The notes below the pieces were generated by a model. That model had not been told where the DNA came from. It did not search any database and saw only the letters and a program-made list of their open reading frames with translations. This document shows, piece after piece, positions 17,160-26,879 of a stretch of 64,000 nt of DNA. Location: positions 1 through 64,000 of IMG/VR virus record IMGVR_UViG_3300042310_000541; one strand, written 5' to 3'. A program made the translations under genes and the position numbers. Source of the stretch: a virus. Position 1 is the first letter of the stretch; every line of letters begins with the position of its first letter.

Positions 17160-19814
17160 ATGATATACACACAACAAGAGATAAATAATTTTTATTCAAA
17201 ATACAGTTGCTGTTTTGCTTCATTAGCAACAGATTATATTAATAGTCTTGCTATTGGTGCTTTTGATTGTGGACAAAAACTAGATAAATTATTGCAATTT
17301 AAAAGTTATTTAGAAATACTTGAATGTTATAAAGTTGATACTTGTATAATTAATCAACCTTTAATAGGAACTTTTGGACCACAAATAGATTTACCAGAAG
17401 GAGCTTCAGCTCCTACAGTTTATTCGTTTTATAAAAATGAAGTTTTAATTTCAAATGCTTATACAATTGAAGATATTGTAAATTACTTTATTACTTTAGG
17501 ATTTGGAAGTATAACTGATGTACCATTTTTTCAGCCTGACTTATATTTACCTTTAGTAGGTTGGGAAGCTGGTGATTATGATTATGCTACACAAGTATTA
17601 TATACAACTAATCCATCTTTATTCTACACATTAAGTAATATAATAACAGCTACAATTAATCCGCCTAATTATACAGGTGAACCTTTATATGCTACTTATG
17701 GTGATATTCCAGATACTTATGATATTGTTTGGGAGGGAAGTGATTTTCATCCAACTATTACTTGGGGTAAATTAGTTTTAATAGAAGAAAATTGTGAAGA
17801 ATATACAGAAGAAGAATTAAATTGTATTTCTAATGAAAATTTAGATACATTGTTATTTTGGATGAAACAACAATGTTTGAATATAAAAAACAAGCCTACA
17901 ATAACAGAAGTAGAATGTGTAGAAGTAAGTGAGAATGAATTTTCAATTTCAATAAATGATTCAATAACTATTGAAGCCGGAGATTCTATTGAAGTATCAA
18001 GGAATGGAAATATATATACAATAACTAATCCACTTCCAGATTTAGAAGTAACCATTGAAGCTGGAAATAATATAGTAGTAACAGGAACCTATCCTAATTT
18101 TACAATAACTGCTATTGGAGGTGCAGGAGGATCTGTTGATTGGGGAACTATTGGAGGAGATGTAATTGATCAAACAGATTTAATTACTTACTTAGAAGAT
18201 AACTATTACCCATTAAATACTAATCCTGCTAGTTACTTAACAGAAAACTCTTTAATGGTTGATGTAACCAATGCAGAGTTACTAGCAGAAATAACTGCAG
18301 CAACAATTGTAAAAGGAGTTATATATAGAGTAACAGATGCTACTGGAGGAGTTGTACAAGTTGTTGGGAGAGGCCCAGGTTTTCTTAATAAAGCTGCTTA
18401 CAGAGAAGGTAAGGTAGATATATCAACAATACAAAAAATTGGTATTTATGGTACTTATGATCCTGTAGCAAATACTTTTTTAGAGCAAGGAAGAATAACT
18501 ACGCAACCTACAGTTAATGAAGATGCTCAACATGGTTATTATGTAGGACAAGAATTAAAAACTTTAGATACTGGATTAACTTATGTATGTACTGACAATA
18601 CTAATACATCAGCTGTTTGGACTTTAGTTCCAGGAGGAGGCGGTTCTTTAGATTTAGAAGTAAATGGAACGCCAAATGTAGACCAAACACTTTTAAATTT
18701 AATCGAGGGAACAAACATTGATATAACAGACAATGGAATTGGCGGTGTAACAATAAACTCATTAGCGGATAGATACTCAACATCGTCTAATTCAACTAAT
18801 ACTATTAACACTGGTAACGGAAAAATATTCACAGTTGATGCTAATTTAGCTTACATTCCATTGCAAGAAGTATTGATAGTTAATGACTCAACACATCATA
18901 TGCACGGAACTGTAGCAAGTTATAGTGGCACTACACTTGTTGTTGATGTAAACTCTAAGACAGGTACTGGTAGTTTTAGTTCGTGGGTAATCAATCTTGA
19001 TGGTGTGCCAGTTGATGCGATAACAGGAGTAGGAGTAAGCAATCAATTAGCTTACTTTACAAGTGGGCAAGTTGTAGCATCGTTAGATACTGCAACCTAT
19101 CCATCGTTAACGGAATTGGCATTGGTTAAAGGTGTTAGTGGTAGTGCTATTCAAACGCAAATCAATGGTAAGATTACCAACCCAATGACAACGGGTGGTG
19201 ACATAATATACGGTGGTGTTTCTGGTGTTCCAACAAGATTAGCAGCAGGAACAAACGGACATGTTTTAACATTAAGCAGTGGTTCACCTGTATGGGCTGC
19301 TAGTGGTGGAGGTGGTGGGGGTATGACAAATCCAATGACAAACAGTGGAGACATAATAATTGGTTCAACAAGTGGTTCACCAATTAGATTAGGAGCTGGC
19401 TCAAATGGTCAAGTTTTAAGTTTAGCATCTGGTTCACCTGTATGGTCTACAGAAAAAGGTTCATTTGGAGTTACTTTTGATGGACAAGGAGGAGTAGTTT
19501 CAGTAGGAAAAACAGATTGGGTATCTATACCATATAACTGCACTATAACAGGATGGGAAATTACAGCAGACCAAGTAGGTAATTGTGTTATTGATGTATG
19601 GAAAAGCACATTTGCTGCTTTCCCACCTACTGTTGCTAATAGTATAGCAGGATCAGAAAAGCCAACATTAGCAAGTGTTAGAACAAATAGCGATTTATCA
19701 CTATTTCCTGCATGGGCAACAGTAACTGCTGGTGATTGCATTATGTTTTACGTTGAATCTTGTTCAACATTAACCAAAATAAATTTAATTGTTTATACAA
19801 ATATAATAATATAA
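17160..19814 (+). CDS. Long tail fibre protein
   Basis: Fibre-type motifs (IEAGNNIVVTG, WGTIGGDVIDQTDL, GQVLSL) and an internal repeat. Confidence 0.7.
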   Translation: MIYTQQEINNFYSKYSCCFASLATDYINSLAIGAFDCGQKLDKLLQFKSYLEILECYKVDTCIINQPLIGTFGPQIDLPEGASAPTVYSFYKNEVLISNAYTIEDIVNYFITLGFGSITDVPFFQPDLYLPLVGWEAGDYDYATQVLYTTNPSLFYTLSNIITATINPPNYTGEPLYATYGDIPDTYDIVWEGSDFHPTITWGKLVLIEENCEEYTEEELNCISNENLDTLLFWMKQQCLNIKNKPTITEVECVEVSENEFSISINDSITIEAGDSIEVSRNGNIYTITNPLPDLEVTIEAGNNIVVTGTYPNFTITAIGGAGGSVDWGTIGGDVIDQTDLITYLEDNYYPLNTNPASYLTENSLMVDVTNAELLAEITAATIVKGVIYRVTDATGGVVQVVGRGPGFLNKAAYREGKVDISTIQKIGIYGTYDPVANTFLEQGRITTQPTVNEDAQHGYYVGQELKTLDTGLTYVCTDNTNTSAVWTLVPGGGGSLDLEVNGTPNVDQTLLNLIEGTNIDITDNGIGGVTINSLADRYSTSSNSTNTINTGNGKIFTVDANLAYIPLQEVLIVNDSTHHMHGTVASYSGTTLVVDVNSKTGTGSFSSWVINLDGVPVDAITGVGVSNQLAYFTSGQVVASLDTATYPSLTELALVKGVSGSAIQTQINGKITNPMTTGGDIIYGGVSGVPTRLAAGTNGHVLTLSSGSPVWAASGGGGGGMTNPMTNSGDIIIGSTSGSPIRLGAGSNGQVLSLASGSPVWSTEKGSFGVTFDGQGGVVSVGKTDWVSIPYNCTITGWEITADQVGNCVIDVWKSTFAAFPPTVANSIAGSEKPTLASVRTNSDLSLFPAWATVTAGDCIMFYVESCSTLTKINLIVYTNIII
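19176..19445 (+). repeat. Two ~120-bp repeats at 150-bp period encoding TNPMT..GDII.G..SG.P.RL.AG.NG.VL.L.SGSPVW
   Basis: 19176-19295 versus 19326-19445. Confidence 0.85.
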
Positions 19815-19818
19815 AAAT

Positions 19819-20064
19819 ATGACTTATAAAATTTTAAGTACTAGACAGGCTGATACAATTTTATTTACTGAAGTTGAATACACTTTAGGAGAAACTACTA
19901 TAATTGTTGAAATAGCACACTTTAACCCTAAATCAAAAGAAGAAGTTGAAGTAAATATTTTAAATAGGGCTGATTCTGAATTGCAAAATATTCAAATGAC
20001 TCAACAAATAAAACAATTATTGCCAAGTATAGAACTAAACCAAATTAAAGATATAACTATCTAA
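19819..20064 (+). CDS. Small protein, possible fibre chaperone/adaptor
   Basis: Lies between two fibre genes; TAATG coupling to the next gene. Confidence 0.5.
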   Translation: MTYKILSTRQADTILFTEVEYTLGETTIIVEIAHFNPKSKEEVEVNILNRADSELQNIQMTQQIKQLLPSIELNQIKDITI

Positions 20065-22178
20065 TGGCTCATTATTTTAGGTTAACTGGTACAAATTGGG
20101 GAAATACAGGAGATTGGTCATCAACGCCTTCTCCTACATACACCCCGGTAGCTAATGTTCCTTCGGTTACTGATGATGTTATATTTGAGGCAGCTTCTGG
20201 TAATTGCATAGTAAATGGTATAAATAGAGTTTGCAAGACTATTAACTTTACAAATTATATACATGAGATCCAGATGACATTTAATATTACCGTTTCTGGT
20301 AATATTACTTTTGGAGCAAGTATGCAAGTTAATCCAATTGGTTCAGGAGCTATGATATGTGCTGTTACATCAACAATAATTACAAATGGATTTGTATGGC
20401 CAAACGCATTTAACTTTGGTGTGACAGGAATTTCTCAGACATACACATTAGCAGATAATATGGGGGTTAACGGATTAGTTACATGCGTAGGAACAACTGC
20501 ATTAACAATCAATGGCGCATTTACGTTAACATGCAACGGAGGTTTAGTGTGTACAACAGCTACCAGTGGAACAGCAACAATTAGATTAAGAGGAGGTAAT
20601 TGGAGTGGAACTTGTAACAATACATTAAACTTAGACTCAACAGGAACTATTACATTAACAGGTAATATTGGTAGAGCATCAGGTACATTAACATGGGCTG
20701 CAGGAACTATTAATAATTCAGGAAACTATTCTTTGACGTATACTGGAGGATCTGTAAATGTTGGAAACAACATATTATGGTATAATATTACTTTAGGTAC
20801 TAGTGCTGCTGTAACATTAGTTAATGATTTATATGCTACTGAAACTCTTTTTTTTGGTAATGGAGGAGGTGCTAATGGTGCTGCATACAAAATTTATTGT
20901 AATAGTTTACAACATAATAATAACACTAATAATATTATTGGATCAGCAACAATAGAGTTTACAGGTGTAGGTACAGGTACTTGGTCTTCTAGTGGCTCAT
21001 CGGTAGCTTTTGGTCAGCCAGTTATTATAAATAAAAGTGGCGGTACTTTAACAATAGCAGATGGAAGAATACACGGGGTACTAACAGGTACTACTAGTTT
21101 AATGCACACTGCTGGAACTGTTATATGTTCTGGTACATATAGATCATATAATAGTACGCTTACAACAAATGGAATGACATTTAATAACGTAAGTTTTGGT
21201 GCTGCTGGTTCAACTATAGCAGTTACATTAAACAATAATATGGATATAGCTGGTAATTTAACTGTAACGTCAACCGCAGGTTTAACAATAAATAATAGCC
21301 AAATTAATTTAAACGGTTCGTTTATTAATAATATGACAGCTGCAAGCTCTGGAGGAACAACAATTATTAATATGGTTTGGACAGGTAATATACAGACTAC
21401 AGGGACACCTACAAACTGGACTAACCCGATAACAATTAACTCACCATCAGGAACAATAACTTGGTCAGGAACTAATGGATATAATGGAAATCTAATCTAT
21501 ACAGCAGGAACAATATTTTCAACTGGTTCTATATTAAATAGAAGTAGTGGAACAATGACAATTAATGCAGTAGGTTTTAATTTAGCAACATTAAATTTAT
21601 TAGGTTTTTGTCAATTTTTAGGAACAAATGGATTTACAATAAGAAGCTTAAACTGCACAACTGCTGGGGTTGTATCAAGATGGACTCCGACAAATGAGTA
21701 TATAATTACAACAGCATTTAATAGTGGGCAAACAGATGGAGTTTCTAAAATTACTTATACATCAACAAATAACGCAGTAATAACAGCTACATTTGCAACC
21801 TCTATTATGACAGTAAGTGCAGTTACTTCTGGTGTTATTTCAACAGGAGATACAGTATTTGGTGAAGGTGTAGGAACAGGAGTTACAATTTCTTCTCAGC
21901 TTACAGGAACACCAGGAGGCATTGGGACTTACAGTCTTTCTGCAGTAGTTGGCACGCTTACCCCAGGAAGAACAATTATTACATCACCCAATACACCATC
22001 TTATCCAAAAATAACTTTAACTAATGGTGCAACACAATCTTTATACTATACAAATGCAATTGATGTAAATTCAAATAATGGTCAAACTATTTGGTCATTT
22101 GGATCAACCTTATTAAGAGCATTTAATTGGAATATAGGCACAAGACCTAATGGATTTAGTTTTGCTTGGGTACGTTAG
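20064..22178 (+). CDS. G/T/N-rich beta-helix-like tail spike/adhesin
   Basis: W.NTGDWS...VPSVTDDVIF N-terminus and repetitive small-residue beta strands. Confidence 0.6.
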   Translation: MAHYFRLTGTNWGNTGDWSSTPSPTYTPVANVPSVTDDVIFEAASGNCIVNGINRVCKTINFTNYIHEIQMTFNITVSGNITFGASMQVNPIGSGAMICAVTSTIITNGFVWPNAFNFGVTGISQTYTLADNMGVNGLVTCVGTTALTINGAFTLTCNGGLVCTTATSGTATIRLRGGNWSGTCNNTLNLDSTGTITLTGNIGRASGTLTWAAGTINNSGNYSLTYTGGSVNVGNNILWYNITLGTSAAVTLVNDLYATETLFFGNGGGANGAAYKIYCNSLQHNNNTNNIIGSATIEFTGVGTGTWSSSGSSVAFGQPVIINKSGGTLTIADGRIHGVLTGTTSLMHTAGTVICSGTYRSYNSTLTTNGMTFNNVSFGAAGSTIAVTLNNNMDIAGNLTVTSTAGLTINNSQINLNGSFINNMTAASSGGTTIINMVWTGNIQTTGTPTNWTNPITINSPSGTITWSGTNGYNGNLIYTAGTIFSTGSILNRSSGTMTINAVGFNLATLNLLGFCQFLGTNGFTIRSLNCTTAGVVSRWTPTNEYIITTAFNSGQTDGVSKITYTSTNNAVITATFATSIMTVSAVTSGVISTGDTVFGEGVGTGVTISSQLTGTPGGIGTYSLSAVVGTLTPGRTIITSPNTPSYPKITLTNGATQSLYYTNAIDVNSNNGQTIWSFGSTLLRAFNWNIGTRPNGFSFAWVR

Positions 22179-22230
22179 AATTTAATTATAACTATTAAAA
22201 AACAGCCTTTGAGGCACTAATATCTAAATT

Positions 22231-22413
22231 ATGAAAGAGAATAAAACATCAAATGGAGCAGTATTAAGAATATTTACATCAGGATTATTTACAGGATCTC
22301 TTATAGAGTACAGTAGAAATAATGACTTTGAATGGCCTATCTTAATAGGCTATGCTATTGCTTTAGGATTTGGCATAGCTAGTTATATATTCTTGAGAAA
22401 AGGATATAAATAA
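22231..22413 (+). CDS. Small membrane protein
   Basis: Hydrophobic WPILIGYAIALGFGIASYIFL. Confidence 0.5.
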   Translation: MKENKTSNGAVLRIFTSGLFTGSLIEYSRNNDFEWPILIGYAIALGFGIASYIFLRKGYK

Positions 22414-22421
22414 TAAAAATT

Positions 22422-22637
22422 ATGTTAGAAATTGTAATATATGTTGTATTAGCAATAGTAATAATAGCCTTACTTATTAGATATGAATTTAAAAAATTGG
22501 AAGCAGAAGTTTTTCAACGCATTAAAAGGCTTGGAATTAAAGCACTTAGTATTATTGGGATTATCAATATATTTACTATTGGGAGTGAGCAGTTGCCTGA
22601 GAACAACGATAGCTCAGATGAGCAGGAAACAGATTAA
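22422..22637 (+). CDS. Small membrane protein (1-2 TM)
   Basis: N-terminal IVIYVVLAIVIIALLI, second hydrophobic stretch. Confidence 0.5.
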   Translation: MLEIVIYVVLAIVIIALLIRYEFKKLEAEVFQRIKRLGIKALSIIGIINIFTIGSEQLPENNDSSDEQETD

Positions 22638-22657
22638 AAACACTATAAAATGTAAAA

Positions 22658-23158
22658 ATGGAAGCACTAGTAATAATAATAATAAGTTGGATACTTTACA
22701 TAATAATATCAGCTACTAAGGGAATACTAGATGCTTATATTTGGCATTACTGGTTAGAGAGTTGGTTTAAAAAGATTATGAAGTATCCTAATGCTTTAAA
22801 AGATATGCAAAAAGAAGGTAAATACATACACATGATAGGTTCTATTATTGTAGCTTCACCTCTATTGTTAATACTTATAACATCATTATTAGGTTTAAAA
22901 CCTTTAGCTGTGTTATTCTTAGGTATTAGTTTATCTTCAATTAACCCTTTATTCCATTTAGGTTATATGTTTAAGACTAGAAATAAATTAAGTCCTCAGG
23001 TTTATCCTAAAGGGTTTAAAGATATTAGTGTAATATCAGATGGTAACACAGACAAATACAAAAAATTAACTAACAAACTATTCAATACTTATAAAAAAAG
23101 AGTTATCTTTGCAATCATTAGTATTATATTCTTAACACTAACAATTATATTTAAATAA
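22658..23158 (+). CDS. Multi-pass membrane protein
   Basis: 3-4 hydrophobic segments. Confidence 0.6.
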   Translation: MEALVIIIISWILYIIISATKGILDAYIWHYWLESWFKKIMKYPNALKDMQKEGKYIHMIGSIIVASPLLLILITSLLGLKPLAVLFLGISLSSINPLFHLGYMFKTRNKLSPQVYPKGFKDISVISDGNTDKYKKLTNKLFNTYKKRVIFAIISIIFLTLTIIFK

Positions 23159-23161
23159 ATT

Positions 23162-23491
23162 ATGATCCATCATTATCAAGAAGAATTAAATGCATTTGTA
23201 GAAAAAGCAGCAGAGTTTTTTGGATTAACATCCGTTGGAATTTATGGGCAATTCATAGTAATGCTTGGAACAATTAGTTTCTTACGATTTGGAGAAGCTA
23301 CTAACTTATTTGTTATACCAAACTATGATTGGTTAACAGTAGCTGGACTTGCTCTAGGAATTACAGCTAAATTCTTTACAACTTGTGTAGGAGCAATTGC
23401 AACCTTTAAGTTTGTATCACAAGTTTCTAGAAACATAATAAACTACTTTGAAAAGAAGAAAGATGCTAACAACTCAACAGATAATAAATAA
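23162..23491 (+). CDS. Holin candidate
   Basis: Two hydrophobic segments, charged C-terminus, overlaps the endolysin. Confidence 0.5.
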   Translation: MIHHYQEELNAFVEKAAEFFGLTSVGIYGQFIVMLGTISFLRFGEATNLFVIPNYDWLTVAGLALGITAKFFTTCVGAIATFKFVSQVSRNIINYFEKKKDANNSTDNK

Positions 23492-23930
23492 ATATGGTAA
23501 GCCAACACAAAATGGCTCTCCTTACTTAGTTTCTATAAAGTTACCTTATCCTATGAGATTAGCTTGGGATAAAAATACTAAAGTAACTACTATGAGATGT
23601 CATAAACTAGTAGCTGATAAGTTCTTAGCTGTGTTTAATGATATTTTAAAAGCTTATGGTTATGCTAAAATAGTAGAGTTAGGAATTGATTTATTTGGAG
23701 GGTGCTTTAACTTTAGAGCTATGAGAGGAGGATCTGATTATTCAACTCACTCTTGGGGAATTTCCGTTGATCTGGACCCAGAAAGAAATCTTCTACATGA
23801 AACTAAAAATACTGCTAGATTTGCTAGACCTGAGTATAAACCAATGATAGAAGCTTTTTATAAAAATGGATTTATAGGATTAGGACCTGAAAAAAATTAT
23901 GATTGGATGCACTTTCAAATAAAAGAATAA
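23463..23930 (+). CDS. Endolysin, peptidase M15 family (L-Ala-D-Glu peptidase-like)
   Basis: GCFNFR.MRGG..STHSWGISVD and DWMHFQ zinc-binding motifs; ATG at 23463 preferred over the TTG at 23448. Confidence 0.85.
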   Translation: MLTTQQIINKYGKPTQNGSPYLVSIKLPYPMRLAWDKNTKVTTMRCHKLVADKFLAVFNDILKAYGYAKIVELGIDLFGGCFNFRAMRGGSDYSTHSWGISVDLDPERNLLHETKNTARFARPEYKPMIEAFYKNGFIGLGPEKNYDWMHFQIKE

Positions 23931-24161
23931 ATGAGATATAAAAACTTAAACACTTACGAGAAATTTAAACTCCTTGGATTAATAATTAAAGCTGTTTTTG
24001 GTTCAATAGGAGGTGCTGTAATATTAGAACAGAATCATCCTTACTTAGCTTTGCTTATATTAGCAATAGGAGCAGGGGCCAATGAATGGGTGTCCTTTTT
24101 GAAAGATAGAGAAATGACTAACATAACTAATAAAATAGAACATGAAACTACCTTCATATAA
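23931..24161 (+). CDS. 2-TM membrane protein (holin/antiholin candidate)
   Basis: Two hydrophobic helices directly after the endolysin. Confidence 0.5.
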   Translation: MRYKNLNTYEKFKLLGLIIKAVFGSIGGAVILEQNHPYLALLILAIGAGANEWVSFLKDREMTNITNKIEHETTFI

Positions 24162-24696
24162 AAGAGTTATAATTGTAATCTATATATTACTAACACTTGT
24201 AGCTTTAGGTGCTTGTAATGGCTCTAAAAGAGCTACTAGGAAGTTTGAGAAAGCTGTTAACAAGTTTGGACAGAAAGAAGCTGCTAACTATGTAATATCT
24301 AACTATCCTGAATACTTTAAAACTGTAGCTAAAACAGATACTATTTTTAGTGTAGACACTATTTATATTGCTGAGAAAGATGGGGTTATCACAGATCCAA
24401 TTATATTACATGACACTATTTACATTAAAACTAAAGACTTTAGTGCTAATATAAATAAAACTACTGGTAAGGGTACATATAAGATACCTGCTGATACTAT
24501 TGTAGAGCATGACACAATACCTTTTATTGTTAAAGTTCCTTGTCCTGATTATGATTCATTGAAGCTTAAGTCAGCACAGGAATCAGAATTAGAAATAAAA
24601 AACAGCAAAAGAATATCTATAATATTTATTATTATATCTATTGTTTTACTAGCCTCAGTAGTGTATGAAAAATACAAGTATATTGATAAGAAATAA
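24142..24696 (+). CDS. Lipoprotein with C-terminal TM helix: unimolecular spanin candidate
   Basis: Signal peptide with lipobox LGA-C; C-terminal ISIIFIIISIVLLASVVY; located in the lysis cassette. Confidence 0.65.
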   Translation: MKLPSYKRVIIVIYILLTLVALGACNGSKRATRKFEKAVNKFGQKEAANYVISNYPEYFKTVAKTDTIFSVDTIYIAEKDGVITDPIILHDTIYIKTKDFSANINKTTGKGTYKIPADTIVEHDTIPFIVKVPCPDYDSLKLKSAQESELEIKNSKRISIIFIIISIVLLASVVYEKYKYIDKK

Positions 24697-24733
24697 TACA
24701 AGCCTAATTTAGCAAGTTATATTTACAATAAAA

Positions 24734-24765
24734 TTTGCTAAATCAAATTAATTAATTTAATTTTG
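24734..24765 (+). promoter_or_regulatory. Bacteroidota promoter (TTTG-N20-TAATTTTG), probably giving a leaderless mRNA
   Basis: Perfect consensus; ATG only 4 nt after the -7 element. Confidence 0.75.
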
Positions 24766-24769
24766 CATA

Positions 24770-25459
24770 ATGAATATAACTCCAACTCTTAATCAGTTAG
24801 CTTTTAACTTATTAAATATTATAAGAAATAAGAGTACATCTCAAGATCCAATATCACTAAGACAGATAAAATTCAATATCTTAGCTGGTAGGTCTTTGCT
24901 GATAAGACAAAATTCAAATAAAAATTACTCTACAGACAGTGACATAATTCAAACATTAAAATGTGTTACAGTTAAATTAGTTGATTCTTCTGAGTGCCCT
25001 GGAATAACAACAGGCTTTAAATTATTAAGAACAGTTGACAAGATTCCATCTATAATTGAAAACTATAGTGGTAAGTTAATAACAAGAGTTGGCCCAGTTG
25101 GAATTAACTTAAAACCATTTTCAGTAATACCTTATGCCAGAGTTCCTTACTTTGGGCTCAATAAATTTACATCAAAACAAATTGGATGCTTTTTTCATAA
25201 TGGATATATTTATTTAATTGGAGATGATATAACTAGGTTAAAGAAAATAAACATTCAAGCTGTGTTTGAAAATCCTGAAGATGTAGCTGAGTTTACTGAT
25301 TGTGAAACAGGTGAAAAATGCTATTCAGATGATTTAAGCTTTCCTATTAAATACTCAATGGTTCCAATTTTAACTCAAATGGTTATTGAGAAATATCTTG
25401 GATTGCAATCTAAAGCTTTGGAAGACAAATCAAATGATGGAAAAACAGACTTTAAGTAA
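24770..25459 (+). CDS. Tail ring protein
   Basis: TLNQL, ISLRQIKF, LLRTVDKIP, AVFENPEDV motifs typical of crAss-like ring proteins. Confidence 0.6.
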   Translation: MNITPTLNQLAFNLLNIIRNKSTSQDPISLRQIKFNILAGRSLLIRQNSNKNYSTDSDIIQTLKCVTVKLVDSSECPGITTGFKLLRTVDKIPSIIENYSGKLITRVGPVGINLKPFSVIPYARVPYFGLNKFTSKQIGCFFHNGYIYLIGDDITRLKKINIQAVFENPEDVAEFTDCETGEKCYSDDLSFPIKYSMVPILTQMVIEKYLGLQSKALEDKSNDGKTDFK

Positions 25460-25980
25460 TGGAGCAGATTAAAAGAAGCAAAGGTAAATTTAAGGCTGAT
25501 TATAAAACAAATGATTTGTTTAAATTTTACAAAAGCAGAATAGAAAAAGGCAGTATTTATGATCAAAATAAAACTGTGTTTACAAAAATAATAAGTGAGT
25601 ACAATGATAAGATATACAGAGAGCATATTATAATAAATGCTTATGAGTATAGACTTGCAGGAAGACTTGGAAAAATAAGTATAAAGCAATTTAAAAGAAA
25701 GCTTAAATTAAATGATCAAAATAAATTAGTTTCAAAATTATCTTGTGACTACAAAAAAACAAAAGAGCTTTGGGCCAGTAATGAAGAAGCTAAAAAAAAT
25801 AAAAAGTTAGTTTATCATACAAATGAGCACACTGATGGTTATGAGTTTAGATGCCATTGGAATAAAAAAACAAGCAATGTTCCTTGTAATAAATTCTATC
25901 AGTTTATACCTGTTAGAACTAATAAAAGGTTTATAGGAAAATGTTTTAGTGAAGGTTTAAAACTTAAATTCTACGAATAA
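25459..25980 (+). CDS. IHF-like protein of the crAss tail module
   Basis: YRLAGRLGKISI, DYKKTKELW, YHTNEHTDGY, YQFIPVR; adjacent to the tail tubular gene. Confidence 0.6.
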   Translation: MEQIKRSKGKFKADYKTNDLFKFYKSRIEKGSIYDQNKTVFTKIISEYNDKIYREHIIINAYEYRLAGRLGKISIKQFKRKLKLNDQNKLVSKLSCDYKKTKELWASNEEAKKNKKLVYHTNEHTDGYEFRCHWNKKTSNVPCNKFYQFIPVRTNKRFIGKCFSEGLKLKFYE

Positions 25981-26879
25981 TGTTTACAGATAAATACATA
26001 TCAGTTTTCTCAATTATAGCTAATTTAGTAAGAGATGGAAACTATGAGCAATCAGACTTAATTGAAAATGACTTGATAGAGTGGGCAGCAGATTGCCTTG
26101 ATCTTGTTGGAGTTCCAGGACAATACATTGATAAAGTAACTTGCCTTACTGGTGAAAGAGGAAGATTTAAACTTCCAATTGATTACCATCAAAGAGTTCA
26201 GGTTTCTGGATTATTTAATAATTCAATGCAGTTCCCAATGAGGGAAAATACTGGTTCATTTCATGGAATGATAAGATCATGTGGATGCATTGAAAATTGT
26301 GGTTGCACAAATACTACTAGTGCAGTTAATTATGAAATGCCAATAAGTGAAGATGAAAATGGAAATCCTGTATTTAATTTTTCAAACAGTTTTAATGTAG
26401 GATTTAATAAAAATATATTTATTGGAAATGTAGGCAATGTAATGCCAAATGATCCAACTTATAAAATAAACGACAATTTTATTATAACTAATCTTGATAA
26501 TACAGATTGTAAGTTATTGTTAAATTACAAAGCTTTCCCAATTGATGATTGTGGCTATCCAATGATACCAGATAATATTAGCTACAAGTTAGCAGTGCAA
26601 TGGTACATAGCAGAAAAACTAGATAGAAAATTATGGAGATCTGGAAGACTTGCAAAAGATGTTTGGTTAGAAAGTGAAAAAAACTCATTGTGGTATATAG
26701 GAAAAGCAAACTCTGCTGGACTTCAACCATCATTAGATAAGTTAGAAAGCTGGAAAAATCAAACTCTACAATTGCTTCCAAGTATAAATAGGCATTCAGA
26801 GTTTTTCCAAAGAATGGGACAACAACAAACATTAAGACTAGGACAAAGACCAAATGTAAATAGAAATTACTACTTATAA
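25980..26879 (+). CDS. Tail tubular/ring protein (P22 gp4-like)
   Basis: YKAFPIDDCGYPMIPDN..YKLAVQWYI, WYIGKA; synteny. Confidence 0.7.
   Translation: MFTDKYISVFSIIANLVRDGNYEQSDLIENDLIEWAADCLDLVGVPGQYIDKVTCLTGERGRFKLPIDYHQRVQVSGLFNNSMQFPMRENTGSFHGMIRSCGCIENCGCTNTTSAVNYEMPISEDENGNPVFNFSNSFNVGFNKNIFIGNVGNVMPNDPTYKINDNFIITNLDNTDCKLLLNYKAFPIDDCGYPMIPDNISYKLAVQWYIAEKLDRKLWRSGRLAKDVWLESEKNSLWYIGKANSAGLQPSLDKLESWKNQTLQLLPSINRHSEFFQRMGQQQTLRLGQRPNVNRNYYL

Noticed and set aside
14158-22178. Diversity-generating retroelement or invertible cassette acting on the fibres
   Set aside because: No reverse transcriptase, recombinase, adenine-specific TR/VR pair or inverted gene copies seen; the 19176-19445 repeats differ at all base types
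22483-22719. Alternative-frame ORF with an LLLGVSSC lipobox-like stretch (possible embedded o-spanin)
   Set aside because: It overlaps two better-coupled ORFs and ends in low-complexity sequence; a more convincing spanin exists at 24142..24696; not fully excluded
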